Assembly: GCA_965249725.1 (NCBI GenBank) | Contig: CBDFMQ010000002.1 | Coordinates: forward strand, 1,888,001 to 1,952,000 | Direction of reading: 5' to 3' | Source: Longimicrobiales bacterium | GTDB lineage: Bacteria > Gemmatimonadota > Gemmatimonadetes > Longimicrobiales > Gaopeijiaceae | DNA length: 64,000 bases | In this document: in pieces, positions 47,918-56,931 of the stretch | Position numbering within the stretch: position 1 is the first letter of the stretch | How the letters are laid out: every line of letters starts with the position of its first letter | Notes under the pieces: generated by a model | The model's database searches: none | The model's input: only the letters and a program-made list of their open reading frames with translations | Told to the model about the DNA's origin: nothing | Position numbers and translations under genes: made by a program

Positions 47918-48343
47918 TTGGTCTATCTCTTCGACACTGACGCGGTCTCGGAACTCCTGCGCCCCCGTCCTCTTCACCGCTATCTCGATTGGATCAGAAC
48001 TGTCCCGCGTGATGCCCAATTCGCCAGCGCTGTAACGATCGGCGAGCTCTTCAAAGGAGCCTATCGTTCCACCGCCAGAGAGCGCCACTTGACCAACATC
48101 GAGCAGCGGGTCCTGCTCGCTGTCACGATCCTCCCCTTCGATCTCTCCACCGCACGCGTCTTCGGTCAGATTCGAGCTGACCTTGAGCGCGACGGAAACA
48201 TCCTTCCCGACGCCGACCTGCAAATCGCAGCCACAGCCCTCTATCACGACCTCGAGTTGGTTACAGGCAACCTCTGCCATTTCCAACGCATTCCCAACCT
48301 CCGGCTGAATCACATCCTCTCCGACTCTCGCGTCGGTCGTTGA
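47918..48343 (+). CDS. vapC: PIN-domain toxin (VapC)
   Basis: 'YLFDTDAVSE', 'DLQIAATAL..LVTGN..HF'. Confidence 0.9.
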   Translation: MVYLFDTDAVSELLRPRPLHRYLDWIRTVPRDAQFASAVTIGELFKGAYRSTARERHLTNIEQRVLLAVTILPFDLSTARVFGQIRADLERDGNILPDADLQIAATALYHDLELVTGNLCHFQRIPNLRLNHILSDSRVGR

Positions 48344-48375
48344 CCCCAACACCACACCCGTATCCGCCCTCAGTT

Positions 48376-48470
48376 GCAGTTAACGTTCAAAGTTGCCGTC
48401 GCGGCTCGCGAATGCGAGCCGTGATCGTCGTAGTGAGCGTAGCGAACGAAGCCGGCAACCGCGACCCGCA
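48376..48470 (+). mobile_element. Partial attC-like site
   Basis: AGTTAAC R'', GTTGCCG..CGGCAAC inverted L boxes, no intact R'. Confidence 0.5.
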
Positions 48471-48574
48471 CGATGGGCGCTACCTGGATAGGAAGGTGCA
48501 GGTCGTGTCGGGTTGAACGCTGGACCACTCTGACCCTCTGGGCGATCTGCTCTCCCGCCGCCGCCGTGGTGCGG

Positions 48575-48985
48575 TCAGCTCGCGTGTTTCAGCGGCTTGA
48601 GGGTAGCGATCTCTTTGGCGCTCTCTGACCTCAGCGCGTGCCACAGGTCCCAATCCTGCTGGAGTCCCAACCAGAAGTCAGCACTCATTCCAGTCACCCT
48701 TGCCAACCGAAGGGCAGTGTCTGGCGTCACGCTCCGCTTTCCATTGATCACCTCGTTAAGCCGCGGAAACGAGACGCCGAGCTGAATCGCGAAAGCGGAT
48801 TGAGTGATCTCTAGAGGCTTCAGAAACTCCTCAAGTAGCATTTCGCCAGGATGGGTCGGAGGCCGATGCGTAGGCAGGCGTCGCTCTACGAGTGGCTCCT
48901 TCCCTGCGCCTCTAGTGATAGTCCGTGACTTCGACCTTGTAGGCATTGCTCTCCTCCCAACGGAAACAGATCCGGTACTGTTCAT
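48575..48985 (-). CDS. higA: HigA antitoxin (true start probably near 48900)
   Basis: 'HPGEMLLEEFL', 'VTPDTALRLA..FWLGLQ'. Confidence 0.9.
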   Translation of the reverse strand: MNSTGSVSVGRRAMPTRSKSRTITRGAGKEPLVERRLPTHRPPTHPGEMLLEEFLKPLEITQSAFAIQLGVSFPRLNEVINGKRSVTPDTALRLARVTGMSADFWLGLQQDWDLWHALRSESAKEIATLKPLKHAS

Positions 48986-49205
48986 TGATCCGAATGCTAT
49001 GTTGACCTTCCCGGCCTCCCCTCAGTTTCTCCAGGCGATTCCCGGGCGGAACACTCAACTCCGGAAGGTCCTTTACGCGATTCAGTTGGTCCAATTTGCG
49101 ACGCACCACCGGCCAAAGAGCCTGCGGGCAGGCCCTCCGCGCCCGGCGGCTGTCCAGACCGAGAAAAAGGTCTTCCGTGGCACTGTCAGCAAAAGAGTGT
49201 ATCAC
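48912..49205 (-). CDS. higB: HigB toxin
   Basis: 'PPGNRLEKLRG.REGQHSIRINEQYRICFRW..VTDYH'. Confidence 0.92.
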   Translation of the reverse strand: MIHSFADSATEDLFLGLDSRRARRACPQALWPVVRRKLDQLNRVKDLPELSVPPGNRLEKLRGGREGQHSIRINEQYRICFRWEESNAYKVEVTDYH

Positions 49206-49256
49206 GGCATCTATTATAATACATCGCGGAATTCCCAGCCAGCACCGGGGGCATCA

Positions 49257-49730
49257 TCACTCATCAATCACGGACCAGAGCCGCGACGGAGACTCGATAA
49301 GGCTTGCAGCTAGATCGAGAGTCCTACGTTCCAGGTCCGAGCCAGGGTCTTGGTCCTCCAACCGCATAGTGTGACGGACGGAGCCCGCTATCCGAGTCGC
49401 GAGCTTCAAGGCGCGGTCCGATAGCATCGCCAGAAGCGGTCGCTCAGGGACAACAGCGTAGACGACACGCGCACCGAGTGCTTCCGCTGCCTGTTCCAAG
49501 GCACTGAGTGTGATAGAGCCGTCGACCTCTCGCTTCTCAAGTTGGCTAATGGCCTGCCGCGAAACGCGCATCCGGTGGGCAAGGTGAGACTGAGGCATAC
49601 CTAGCGCCCGTCGAAGCGTCGCGATCCACCCGCGACGGGGGCGCTCAAACAGACCACTTGCCTCGCGGATGTTGGCTAGGCGTTCGTCGAGCTTGCGGCG
49701 CGCAATCACATCAACGGGACGTTCGGACAT
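49257..49730 (-). CDS. Mobile mystery protein A (XRE HTH)
   Basis: 'PRRGWIATLRRALGM..LA.RM..EKREVDGSITL..HTMRLEDQ..LW'. Confidence 0.85.
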   Translation of the reverse strand: MSERPVDVIARRKLDERLANIREASGLFERPRRGWIATLRRALGMPQSHLAHRMRVSRQAISQLEKREVDGSITLSALEQAAEALGARVVYAVVPERPLLAMLSDRALKLATRIAGSVRHTMRLEDQDPGSDLERRTLDLAASLIESPSRLWSVIDE

Positions 49731-49864
49731 GGTGTAAAGCCATAGGTTGCAAATGAATAGGATAATAGCAAGCTATAACTTTACACAGGACTCGCATTTG
49801 CGCAAGTTATACGTTGACATCGAAGCCCCCTCCGCCCTGCCGTCCCATCCCCAACCGGAGATGG

Positions 49865-50022
49865 CATATAACGTTCTAGGCCTCCGAACCGGCCCGTCGA
49901 CCACGTTCAGGTAACCCGCAACGGATGTCATCGCCAACGCCTTATTCACGGCACACCGCTCGTGGGCCGGTTGCGTCGAGGGTCGCCGGAGGCGGCCCGA
50001 GCCGGAGGCCCAGTGTTATATG
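49865..50022 (+). mobile_element. Integron attC-like site
   Basis: CATATAAC..GTTATATG (R''/R'), GGCCTCCG..CGGAGGCC (L boxes), inner stem AACCGGCCC/GGGCCGGTT. Confidence 0.75.
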
Positions 50023-50200
50023 ATGTGACGCTGCTCAACCTCAGCCACGTGCGTGGTCTAGTCGAATCCTTCGACCATCAAAGACCTCATGCTGCATGAG
50101 CGTGAGCGGCGAGTTCGCTAGGTCCGCGACCGAGCCACCTGAGAGTTGAGCGAGCGCGCCCGCGCCAGGTCCACGCCAAATGGTGATCACATCGGGATTT

Positions 50201-50227
50201 ATACTTGACATGCAAACTATTTGCATG
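50201..50227. promoter_or_regulatory. Putative MarR operator overlapping a TTGACA -35 box
   Basis: CATGCAAA-CTA-TTTGCATG palindrome; ATACTTnnCATGCAAACTAT recurs at 50713-50732 before the nmrA-like gene. Confidence 0.7.
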
Positions 50228-50250
50228 CAGATTGCTCTTGTTCACCTGAA

Positions 50251-50694
50251 ATGATCCCAACCCGACAAATGGCTCTTTCTGCGCACCAGCAAGCGATCGT
50301 CTCCCTCATGCAGGCCGCAGGACGAATCCGTCGCCAGTTCGGGGATCTGCTGGGGGAGGAGGGGATCGGTTCTTCTCAGTACAACATCCTCCGCATTCTG
50401 CGAGGGGCAGGGGGACCGCTCGCCATCATGACGATCCGGGATCGCATGTTCGATCCGCAGCCGTCGATCACACGACTCATCGATCGACTCGTCGAGCGCG
50501 GACTGGTGTATCGCGAGCCGTGTGCGGACGACCGACGCCGTGTGGACTGCACGATCACGGCGGAGGGTCTCGCGGTGCTCAATCGGCTGGACGAGCCGGT
50601 CGACGTGCGGGATCGGGAGCTCATGGCCCGGCTCACGAAGGCTGAGCTGGAGGCGCTGTCGACGCTGCTGGAGCGCGTCGGCGAGCCGAGGTAG
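50251..50694 (+). CDS. MarR family regulator
   Basis: 'SQYNILRILRG', 'ITRLIDRLVERGLV.R..DDRR..ITAEG'. Confidence 0.92.
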   Translation: MIPTRQMALSAHQQAIVSLMQAAGRIRRQFGDLLGEEGIGSSQYNILRILRGAGGPLAIMTIRDRMFDPQPSITRLIDRLVERGLVYREPCADDRRRVDCTITAEGLAVLNRLDEPVDVRDRELMARLTKAELEALSTLLERVGEPR

Positions 50695-50760
50695 GCAATT
50701 TTCTTTCGACGAATACTTCGCATGCAAACTATCGAGAACAGGTTGAAAAGGAGCGGGATC

Positions 50761-51639
50761 ATGACGAACCAGAAGCGGCTGGTCTTGGTGACGGGGGCGA
50801 CGGGACAGCAGGGTGGTGCAGTCACGCGCGCACTGCTCGAGAGCGGACACGACGTTCGCGCCATGATTCGGGACACGCAGAGCGAGAAGGCTGTAGAACT
50901 CCGGCACATGGGTGTGGAGCTCGTCGAGGGCGACATGGAAGACACGGCGAGCATCGCCGCGGCTGCCCAGGGCGTGGATTCGATGTTCGCGGTGACATCA
51001 CCTTTCGTGGGGGGCACGGACCACGAGACAGAGCTAGGGAAGAACCTCGTCGACGGTGCGGTAGCCGCCGGCGTTGGTCACGTCGTGTACTCCTCCGTGG
51101 CCTCGGCTGACAAAGGGACAGGGATCCCCCATTTCGAGAGCAAGTGGCAGGTGGAGAAGCACCTGGTCGAGTCGAATTTGGACTGGACTGTTACGGCCCC
51201 GGTGTTCTTCTATGAAAACACCTCTTCCCCGTGGCTCGCTGAGGACCTAGCGAGGGGACGGTACCGGCAGGCCATGCCCGTCGACCGGGATCTGCAGATG
51301 ATAGGCTTGGCTTCGATCGGGGCGTTCAACGCCATCGTGATCGCTGGACGCGAGGACTTCTACGGCCAGCGGATCGACATCGCTTCCGATGAGCTCTCGG
51401 GTGCTAATACAGCCGCGGCGCTCTCCGCCGCGACAGGGCATACGGTCACGTTCGAGGAGCAGCCGATTGACGAAGTGCGAGCCGGCGTCGGCGAGGACAT
51501 AGCGCTGATGTACGAATGGTTCAACGAGGTCGGTTACGACGTCGACCTCGTTAGGCTGCACGCCCGGTTCCCGAGCGTCGGTTGGGCGTCTTTCTCCGAT
51601 TGGTCCGCGGGGGCGCTCGCGCCGGTGGGGGCATCGTGA
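50761..51639 (+). CDS. NmrA family NAD(P)-binding protein
   Basis: 'VTGATGQQGGAV', 'IPHFESK..VE'. Confidence 0.9.
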   Translation: MTNQKRLVLVTGATGQQGGAVTRALLESGHDVRAMIRDTQSEKAVELRHMGVELVEGDMEDTASIAAAAQGVDSMFAVTSPFVGGTDHETELGKNLVDGAVAAGVGHVVYSSVASADKGTGIPHFESKWQVEKHLVESNLDWTVTAPVFFYENTSSPWLAEDLARGRYRQAMPVDRDLQMIGLASIGAFNAIVIAGREDFYGQRIDIASDELSGANTAAALSAATGHTVTFEEQPIDEVRAGVGEDIALMYEWFNEVGYDVDLVRLHARFPSVGWASFSDWSAGALAPVGAS

Positions 51640-52070
51640 GCGGCCCTCGCGTCGTTCACCCGCACGATGTGGCGACCGTGATCCACGGTGCCGGCGACGA
51701 ATACCGCTACCTCGCAACGGGTGCACACACGGGCGGGGCCTACTTCATGCTCGAGGCCGTCGTCCCACCCGGTGCCGGACCACCGCCCCACGTGCAGACG
51801 CGTGAGGACGAAGGCTTCTACATGCTAGAGGGGACTCTGACCTTCTACCCGGACGGCGAAGAGGTCGTCGCGGGCCCCGGTACATTCCTTCACGTCCCGC
51901 GCGGCGTAGTACACAACTTCAAGAACCTCACCGACGAGTCGGCACGGGTGCTCATTTGGTTCGCACCGGCCGGCATCGAAGAGATGTTCAGCAAGATGGC
52001 GGCGGACCCGGAGCGGTACCTGCAGATCGGTGCGGAATACGGCGTTACTTTCCCAGGTATTGAGGGATGA
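51636..52070 (+). CDS. Cupin domain protein
   Basis: 'PPPHVQTREDEGFYMLEG', 'VPRGVVHNFKN'. Confidence 0.88.
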   Translation: MSGPRVVHPHDVATVIHGAGDEYRYLATGAHTGGAYFMLEAVVPPGAGPPPHVQTREDEGFYMLEGTLTFYPDGEEVVAGPGTFLHVPRGVVHNFKNLTDESARVLIWFAPAGIEEMFSKMAADPERYLQIGAEYGVTFPGIEG

Positions 52071-52154
52071 CGGACGCTAGCCGGCCCACTCATCCTCTCG
52101 CGTCGTCTGGACGTGCTGAACTCCCGTCAAAGAACGGCTTAGAAGGAGATAGCC

Positions 52155-52727
52155 ATGCCAAAGTGGACATTTGAACCCGGTCACACTGCTGCGGCATTCC
52201 GCGCGCGGCATATGATGGTCACGTGGGTGAGGGGCTCCTTCAAGAACGTCCATGGGACTTTGGACTTCGATCCGGAGAACCCCAAGCTGTCGTCGGTCGA
52301 GGCGGTTATCGATGCGGACGCCCTCTGGTCGGGCGACCACGATCGTGACGTGCATCTTCGATCTCCAGACTTCCTCGACGCTGAGTCACACGCTCAGATC
52401 TCCTTCAAGGGGAATCACGTGGAGCTCATCGGAGACCATGATTACCTCGTCCGCGGTGATCTCACGATTCGAGGTGTGACCCGTGAAGTGCCCCTCAGGG
52501 TCAGGTACCTAGGGAAATGGCCGACGCCTTGGTGGGAGGAGGTCGACGGCGAGTGGGTCAACAAGGGGCCGAAGCTACGAGCAGGCTTCCTGGCCGAGAC
52601 CGAGATCAATCGACATGACTTCGGAGTGTCGTGGAACGACAAGATCGACAGGGGGGGTCTCGTCGTCGGCGACACCGTCTATATCACGATCGACGCGGAA
52701 GCCGTTGCGGAGGAGGACCGAGCTTAG
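52155..52727 (+). CDS. YceI family protein
   Basis: 'RHMMVTWVRG.F', 'RDVHLRSPDFLD', 'GDLTIRGVT', 'INRHDFG'. Confidence 0.92.
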   Translation: MPKWTFEPGHTAAAFRARHMMVTWVRGSFKNVHGTLDFDPENPKLSSVEAVIDADALWSGDHDRDVHLRSPDFLDAESHAQISFKGNHVELIGDHDYLVRGDLTIRGVTREVPLRVRYLGKWPTPWWEEVDGEWVNKGPKLRAGFLAETEINRHDFGVSWNDKIDRGGLVVGDTVYITIDAEAVAEEDRA

Positions 52728-52785
52728 CAGCGCGTCTTGGCCAGCGGCCGGACTGCCCGGGAATCAAGCGCCTGGCGAGAGGTTG

Positions 52786-52954
52786 TCCTGTCGGTTCTCC
52801 TGTCGATTGAACCCGGCAGATCACGGCATCGGGGAATCGCGAAGGCGGCAAATCGCGCGATCCATCTGAGTTTTCCGACATCTTGCCGTGATTCCGACCC
52901 CTACTCAGGCGCCTGATAAGCGTGAGGTCGGTAGTTCGAGTCTACCCAGGCCCA
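52786..52954 (+). mobile_element. Element-end module plus tRNA-Ile(GAT) 3' fragment (about 52910-52954), att-like
   Basis: CGCCTGATAAGCGTGAGGTCGGTAGTTCGAGTCTACCCAGGCCCA lacks the 5' acceptor strand and D arm; TCCTGTCG repeats upstream. Confidence 0.8.
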
Positions 52955-53043
52955 CTTGTGGAAAGAACTGCCCCGCTTGGTCTTAGGTGACTGGGCGGGG
53001 TTTCCGCTCTAGCGGTGAGAGTACCGCGGTGACCGGAGGGACG

Positions 53044-53691
53044 CTACACGATCCGGCCGCCCTGGTAGATCCTCGTTCCGTGCGTCGTGTGAAGCACCAA
53101 GCGAGCGTCTTCGCGGCCGTGGCAGCGCATCAGGTCGAGCATCATCGGCTCCTCCCCCATCCACGGGAATCCGTAGACGACATCGAAGTCGCCGAGCGCT
53201 CGCCCCAGCTCCAGGTAGCCAGACGGCCCTTGACCGATGGTTCCGTGGCGGCCATTGCCGCTTGAGCGTTTCCATTCCCATCCCATCGGAATGAAGCTCC
53301 CCGCAGCGAACCGCGCGTTGGAATGCCACCGTGCGGCGAGTTCCCGCGCAAGGTCGACGAGAGATGAGTCGAGCTCGATACCGCAGGAATCAAAGCCGAG
53401 CAGGTCCGCCATGATCGTGATGACGCCCGTGGCCGATCCCCACTCGAGGAACCGTCGACCCGGCTTGCGGAGCGACATCAGCGTGGTCCGGACAGAGTCG
53501 TAGTCGGCGGCCACGAAGGGGTGCCAGTCGTCCTGGCGGACCTCCGCGTCGAAGCGGTGCCAGAACTCACGACCTTCCTCGCACAGCGCATCGATGCGTG
53601 CGCCGAGCTCCCGGTCGAGCTCGGGCGCTACGTCAACCGTTATCGGGCGGTCCCGACTCGGGAGGAGTCTCGTCTGCGGCTTCACCGCCAT
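53044..53691 (-). CDS. Class I SAM-dependent methyltransferase-like protein (start uncertain)
   Basis: 'FLEWGSATGV..GIELD..L'; 'FDVVYGFPW'. Confidence 0.75.
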   Translation of the reverse strand: MAVKPQTRLLPSRDRPITVDVAPELDRELGARIDALCEEGREFWHRFDAEVRQDDWHPFVAADYDSVRTTLMSLRKPGRRFLEWGSATGVITIMADLLGFDSCGIELDSSLVDLARELAARWHSNARFAAGSFIPMGWEWKRSSGNGRHGTIGQGPSGYLELGRALGDFDVVYGFPWMGEEPMMLDLMRCHGREDARLVLHTTHGTRIYQGGRIV

Positions 53692-53809
53692 CGGGCGCCG
53701 TGTTGGCTTCCTCTTCAACTCTGCGGCGTTCCGCCTTCTCCTCCTTCTTCTTCTTCTTCCTGACCTCTCGCTGCTGCTTCTCGAAGCCGTAATTCGTTCG
53801 TCTCGCCAC
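53633..53809 (-). CDS. Small 58-aa charged protein (missing from the ORF track)
   Basis: AAGGAGG RBS, GTG start; MARRTNYGFEKQQREVRKKKKKEEKAERRR.. then an acidic/Pro tail. Confidence 0.7.
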   Translation of the reverse strand: MARRTNYGFEKQQREVRKKKKKEEKAERRRVEEEANTAPDGGEAADETPPESGPPDNG

Positions 53810-53981
53810 GGTCCCTCCTTATGCAATCGACTCGCGCCCTCCCGAGTGGAGTCCGCGCGATGTTGGACGGAAGGGGCCCCACGGGCTGCGCTCAAGAGGG
53901 GCGTTCGTCGTCCAGGTCCTCTGAGAATGTACTTCATTCACCAGTGGAGGAAGCAGGTTGGCCGCGTTGGTGGGCTAGCGG

Positions 53982-55166
53982 TTACTCGATGCCGCGTAGC
54001 ATTTCGGCTGCAGCTTCCCGCTGAGACAGCTTCGTGGATTTGCCCTGGAAGATGCCCCCCGAGCCGCCTCCGCGGCCTCCCAGCAGTTCCGCCACTCGCG
54101 GGCCAACCTCCTTCAGATCCGTGGCAGTCCCGTCCCCGGCCCCGATGATGAAAGCGCCGTCCTCCCCCGCGCCGCTCGTCAGGAATACGACACGGTCTGG
54201 GTCCACGCGCACCACCTCCCGGGCCACACCTTGAAGGAAGGGTAGGTCGCGCCGAGGCCAGTGGGCCGTCAGGACGCGGTCTGGCCCGGCCACGAGCGCT
54301 TCGGCGGCGCAAGCCGCGAGTTCCTTCTCCAGGTCACGGATCGTGCGGTCCGCGTCCTTCAACTGCTCGAGCCTCGCCGTCAGGTTGTCCACCAGCTCGT
54401 CATCGCACGCTCCGAGCAGGGACCGCAATTCCGCGTTCCGGTCGTGATGCGCCTCATGAAGCCTGCGTAGCCTCGCGCCCGCCGCGTAGAAGAGCCGGGT
54501 GCCACCCCGCGTCGCCTCGGTACCCAGAAGCTTCAGGGCCTCCAGCTCGGCCGTGGAGGCGCAGTGGGTCCCACCGCACGTGTTGAGATCGACTCCCTCG
54601 ATTTCAACGAGCCGAATGCTCCCCGTGTGCCCCTCGGGGAGCCCCCTACTGCGGATGGGCAGCCCTTCGTACTCCTTCTGGCTGACCCGTCGCGTGGTCA
54701 CCGGTCGGGCCGCGCGGATCTCGGCTGCGACGGCCTCTTCCAGCTCGTCCAGCTCCTCGGCGCTTAGGTCCGGACTGTCCAACTCGATATCCGATATCCG
54801 ATCCCCCAGATGGAAGGCTTGTGTGTGCCAACCGAATCGCTGGTCCGCAACGGCCGTGAGGAGATGCTGACCGGTGTGCTGCTGCATGTGGTCGAAGCGA
54901 CGCTCCCAATCGAGCTCGACCGTGACTTGGCCAGACGGTGCCGAACCGCTCAGGAAATGGCGTATTACTCCACCCGACTTCTGGACGTCGAGGACAGGGA
55001 TGCCGTCCACCGTCCCCCGGTCGGCTGGCTGGCCCCCGCCCTCGGGGTAGAGGATCGTGTCGGCGAGGACGACGAACGGCCGGCCCTCGTCCTCACCGGC
55101 GCCTACGACTTCGGTGTCGAGGCGAGTCAGACTCGGGTCGCGTTCAAAAGCGAGAATGTCGGACAC
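53982..55166 (-). CDS. Alanyl-tRNA editing protein (AlaX) with a DHHA1 domain
   Basis: 'YPEGGGQPADRG', 'MQQHTGQH', 'CGGTH', 'GGRGGG..QG'. Confidence 0.92.
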   Translation of the reverse strand: MSDILAFERDPSLTRLDTEVVGAGEDEGRPFVVLADTILYPEGGGQPADRGTVDGIPVLDVQKSGGVIRHFLSGSAPSGQVTVELDWERRFDHMQQHTGQHLLTAVADQRFGWHTQAFHLGDRISDIELDSPDLSAEELDELEEAVAAEIRAARPVTTRRVSQKEYEGLPIRSRGLPEGHTGSIRLVEIEGVDLNTCGGTHCASTAELEALKLLGTEATRGGTRLFYAAGARLRRLHEAHHDRNAELRSLLGACDDELVDNLTARLEQLKDADRTIRDLEKELAACAAEALVAGPDRVLTAHWPRRDLPFLQGVAREVVRVDPDRVVFLTSGAGEDGAFIIGAGDGTATDLKEVGPRVAELLGGRGGGSGGIFQGKSTKLSQREAAAEMLRGIE

Positions 55167-55430
55167 ATGGACCTCGGGATGGGTGGGTGTGAGGGTCAGC
55201 AAGGTGTCGCGGCGGTGGGTGCGGCTGCAAGCCGCCGGAACAGCCCTACCTGACCCCTCCGTCCACACATCGTGACACTCGCCGTCCCGCATTCCGGTCA
55301 CTCCAGGGACCTTTGGAGCCACAAGACCGGTCCTATCCCAGGAATCTTTGCGATTAGCATGACTCTTACAGGTCGAGCTGCGGCGACCGATAGCGGTTCA
55401 GGTCAGTTCACGAGGGCGAGGGGGGTATCG

Positions 55431-56724
55431 ATGGGCTGTCGCACCGTGGTAGCTGTGGTGATCTCGTTGGTATTGGTCGGTGCAGCGCCGCTGCTTGCCC
55501 AAGAAGACGCTGACGCCGAGCGGATCAGGGTGTTTCTGGACTGCCAGCCCTTCATATGCGACTTCGACCTGACCCGCCGTGAGATCACCTGGGTGGCGTG
55601 GGTAAGGGACCGTGCGGATTCCGAGGTGCATGTCTTGGTCGCGTCGACCGCAGCGGGTTCGGGAACCGTGTACGACATCAGCTTCATCGGGTTGGGCCGG
55701 TTCCTGGGCCACGACCACGACCTGAGCCACTCCGCTTCATCTACGGACACAGCGGACGAGCGCCGCCGGGGGTTGATCGCGAAATTCGAGGTCGGCCTCG
55801 TGACGTATGCGGGCTCGACCCCGGCCGCCGATTTCCTCCGGGTCCAGTATCGGGGACCCGGCACAGACGGTCGGGGTGGAGCGGTGCAGGCCACCCCCGA
55901 GGATGATCCGTGGAACCTGTGGGTCTTCACGGTGAGCATTGGGGGCTCGGCACGGGGCCAATCCCGCACCTCCTCGGCCAGTGGGAACGGGTCCCTCAGT
56001 GCCAACCGCACGTCGGAAGCTTGGAAGTTCGAGTGGGGTGCCCGGCTTCGATACTCCGAGGATCAGTTCGAGCTCGACGACGGCTCCACCGTGACGAGCA
56101 TCCGGCGCAGCTCCGGCACGGACGTAATGCTGGTGAAGCATGGGCGACCATTGGGGTATGGGCGGGCGGGCCTCCGTCACTGCGAATACCTTCGACAACA
56201 CCGACAGCAAAGCGAGCCTTCAGCCCACGATCGAGTACAACATCTTTCCTTACTCGGAGTCGAGCAGGCGTCAGCTCACGCTGCAGTATCACGTCGGGGC
56301 GTCTCGGGTTCGGTATGACCAGGAGACGATCTTCGAGGTCACCGGGGAGAACATCTACGAAGAGAGCCTGACCGCCGGTTTGAGCCTGCGACAACCGTGG
56401 GGATCCGTGTCCACGTCGCTTTCGGCCTCCCACTTCCTCGACGACGTCCAGAAGAATCGGTTGAGCCTGTTTGGTAGCGCGAATTTCCGCATTGTCCGGG
56501 GACTCTCGATCAACTTCTTTGGCAACATCTCGCGGCTTCGGGACCAAGTATTCCTGGCTCGGAGCGACGCCTCGGACGAAGACGTCCTGCTGCGCCGTCG
56601 CGCCCTCGAGACGAACTTCGACTACTTCACGAACATCAGCCTCCGCTTCACCTTCGGCTCGATCTTCAATGACATCGTGAATCCGCGCTTCGGAGGCGCG
56701 GGCCGAGAGTTCTTCTTCTTCTAG
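55431..56724 (+). CDS. Secreted or outer-membrane hypothetical protein, frameshifted near 56138
   Basis: Signal peptide, 'RVFLDC..CD', 'DDPWNLWVF', continuing as 'EYNIFPYSESSRRQLT..FGSIFNDIVNPRF'. Confidence 0.72.
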
Positions 56725-56931
56725 ACGCGGTTGAGGTCCGGATCGAGAGTCCCTGCTCTTCAACGCGCTGTGGGGGTCGTCGATCGAAGAACTGCCCACG
56801 GGGGGCGCCGGGCGCGTGCGGGGGCGGATAGCTCAGAGAGCCGCTGGTAGGACTTCGCCCCACTAGCCCCCCCACGTCCGTAGTTTGTAGCTTCCGATCG
56901 CCCTGATCGGGCATACACATACGGAGACTCC

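Noticed and set aside
52880..52954. Intact tRNA-Ile
   Set aside because: No 5' acceptor strand or D arm is present upstream of the anticodon arm.
22702..52954. Integrase or transposase gene within the accessory region
   Set aside because: No ORF with recognisable tyrosine or serine recombinase, DDE or HUH motifs was seen.
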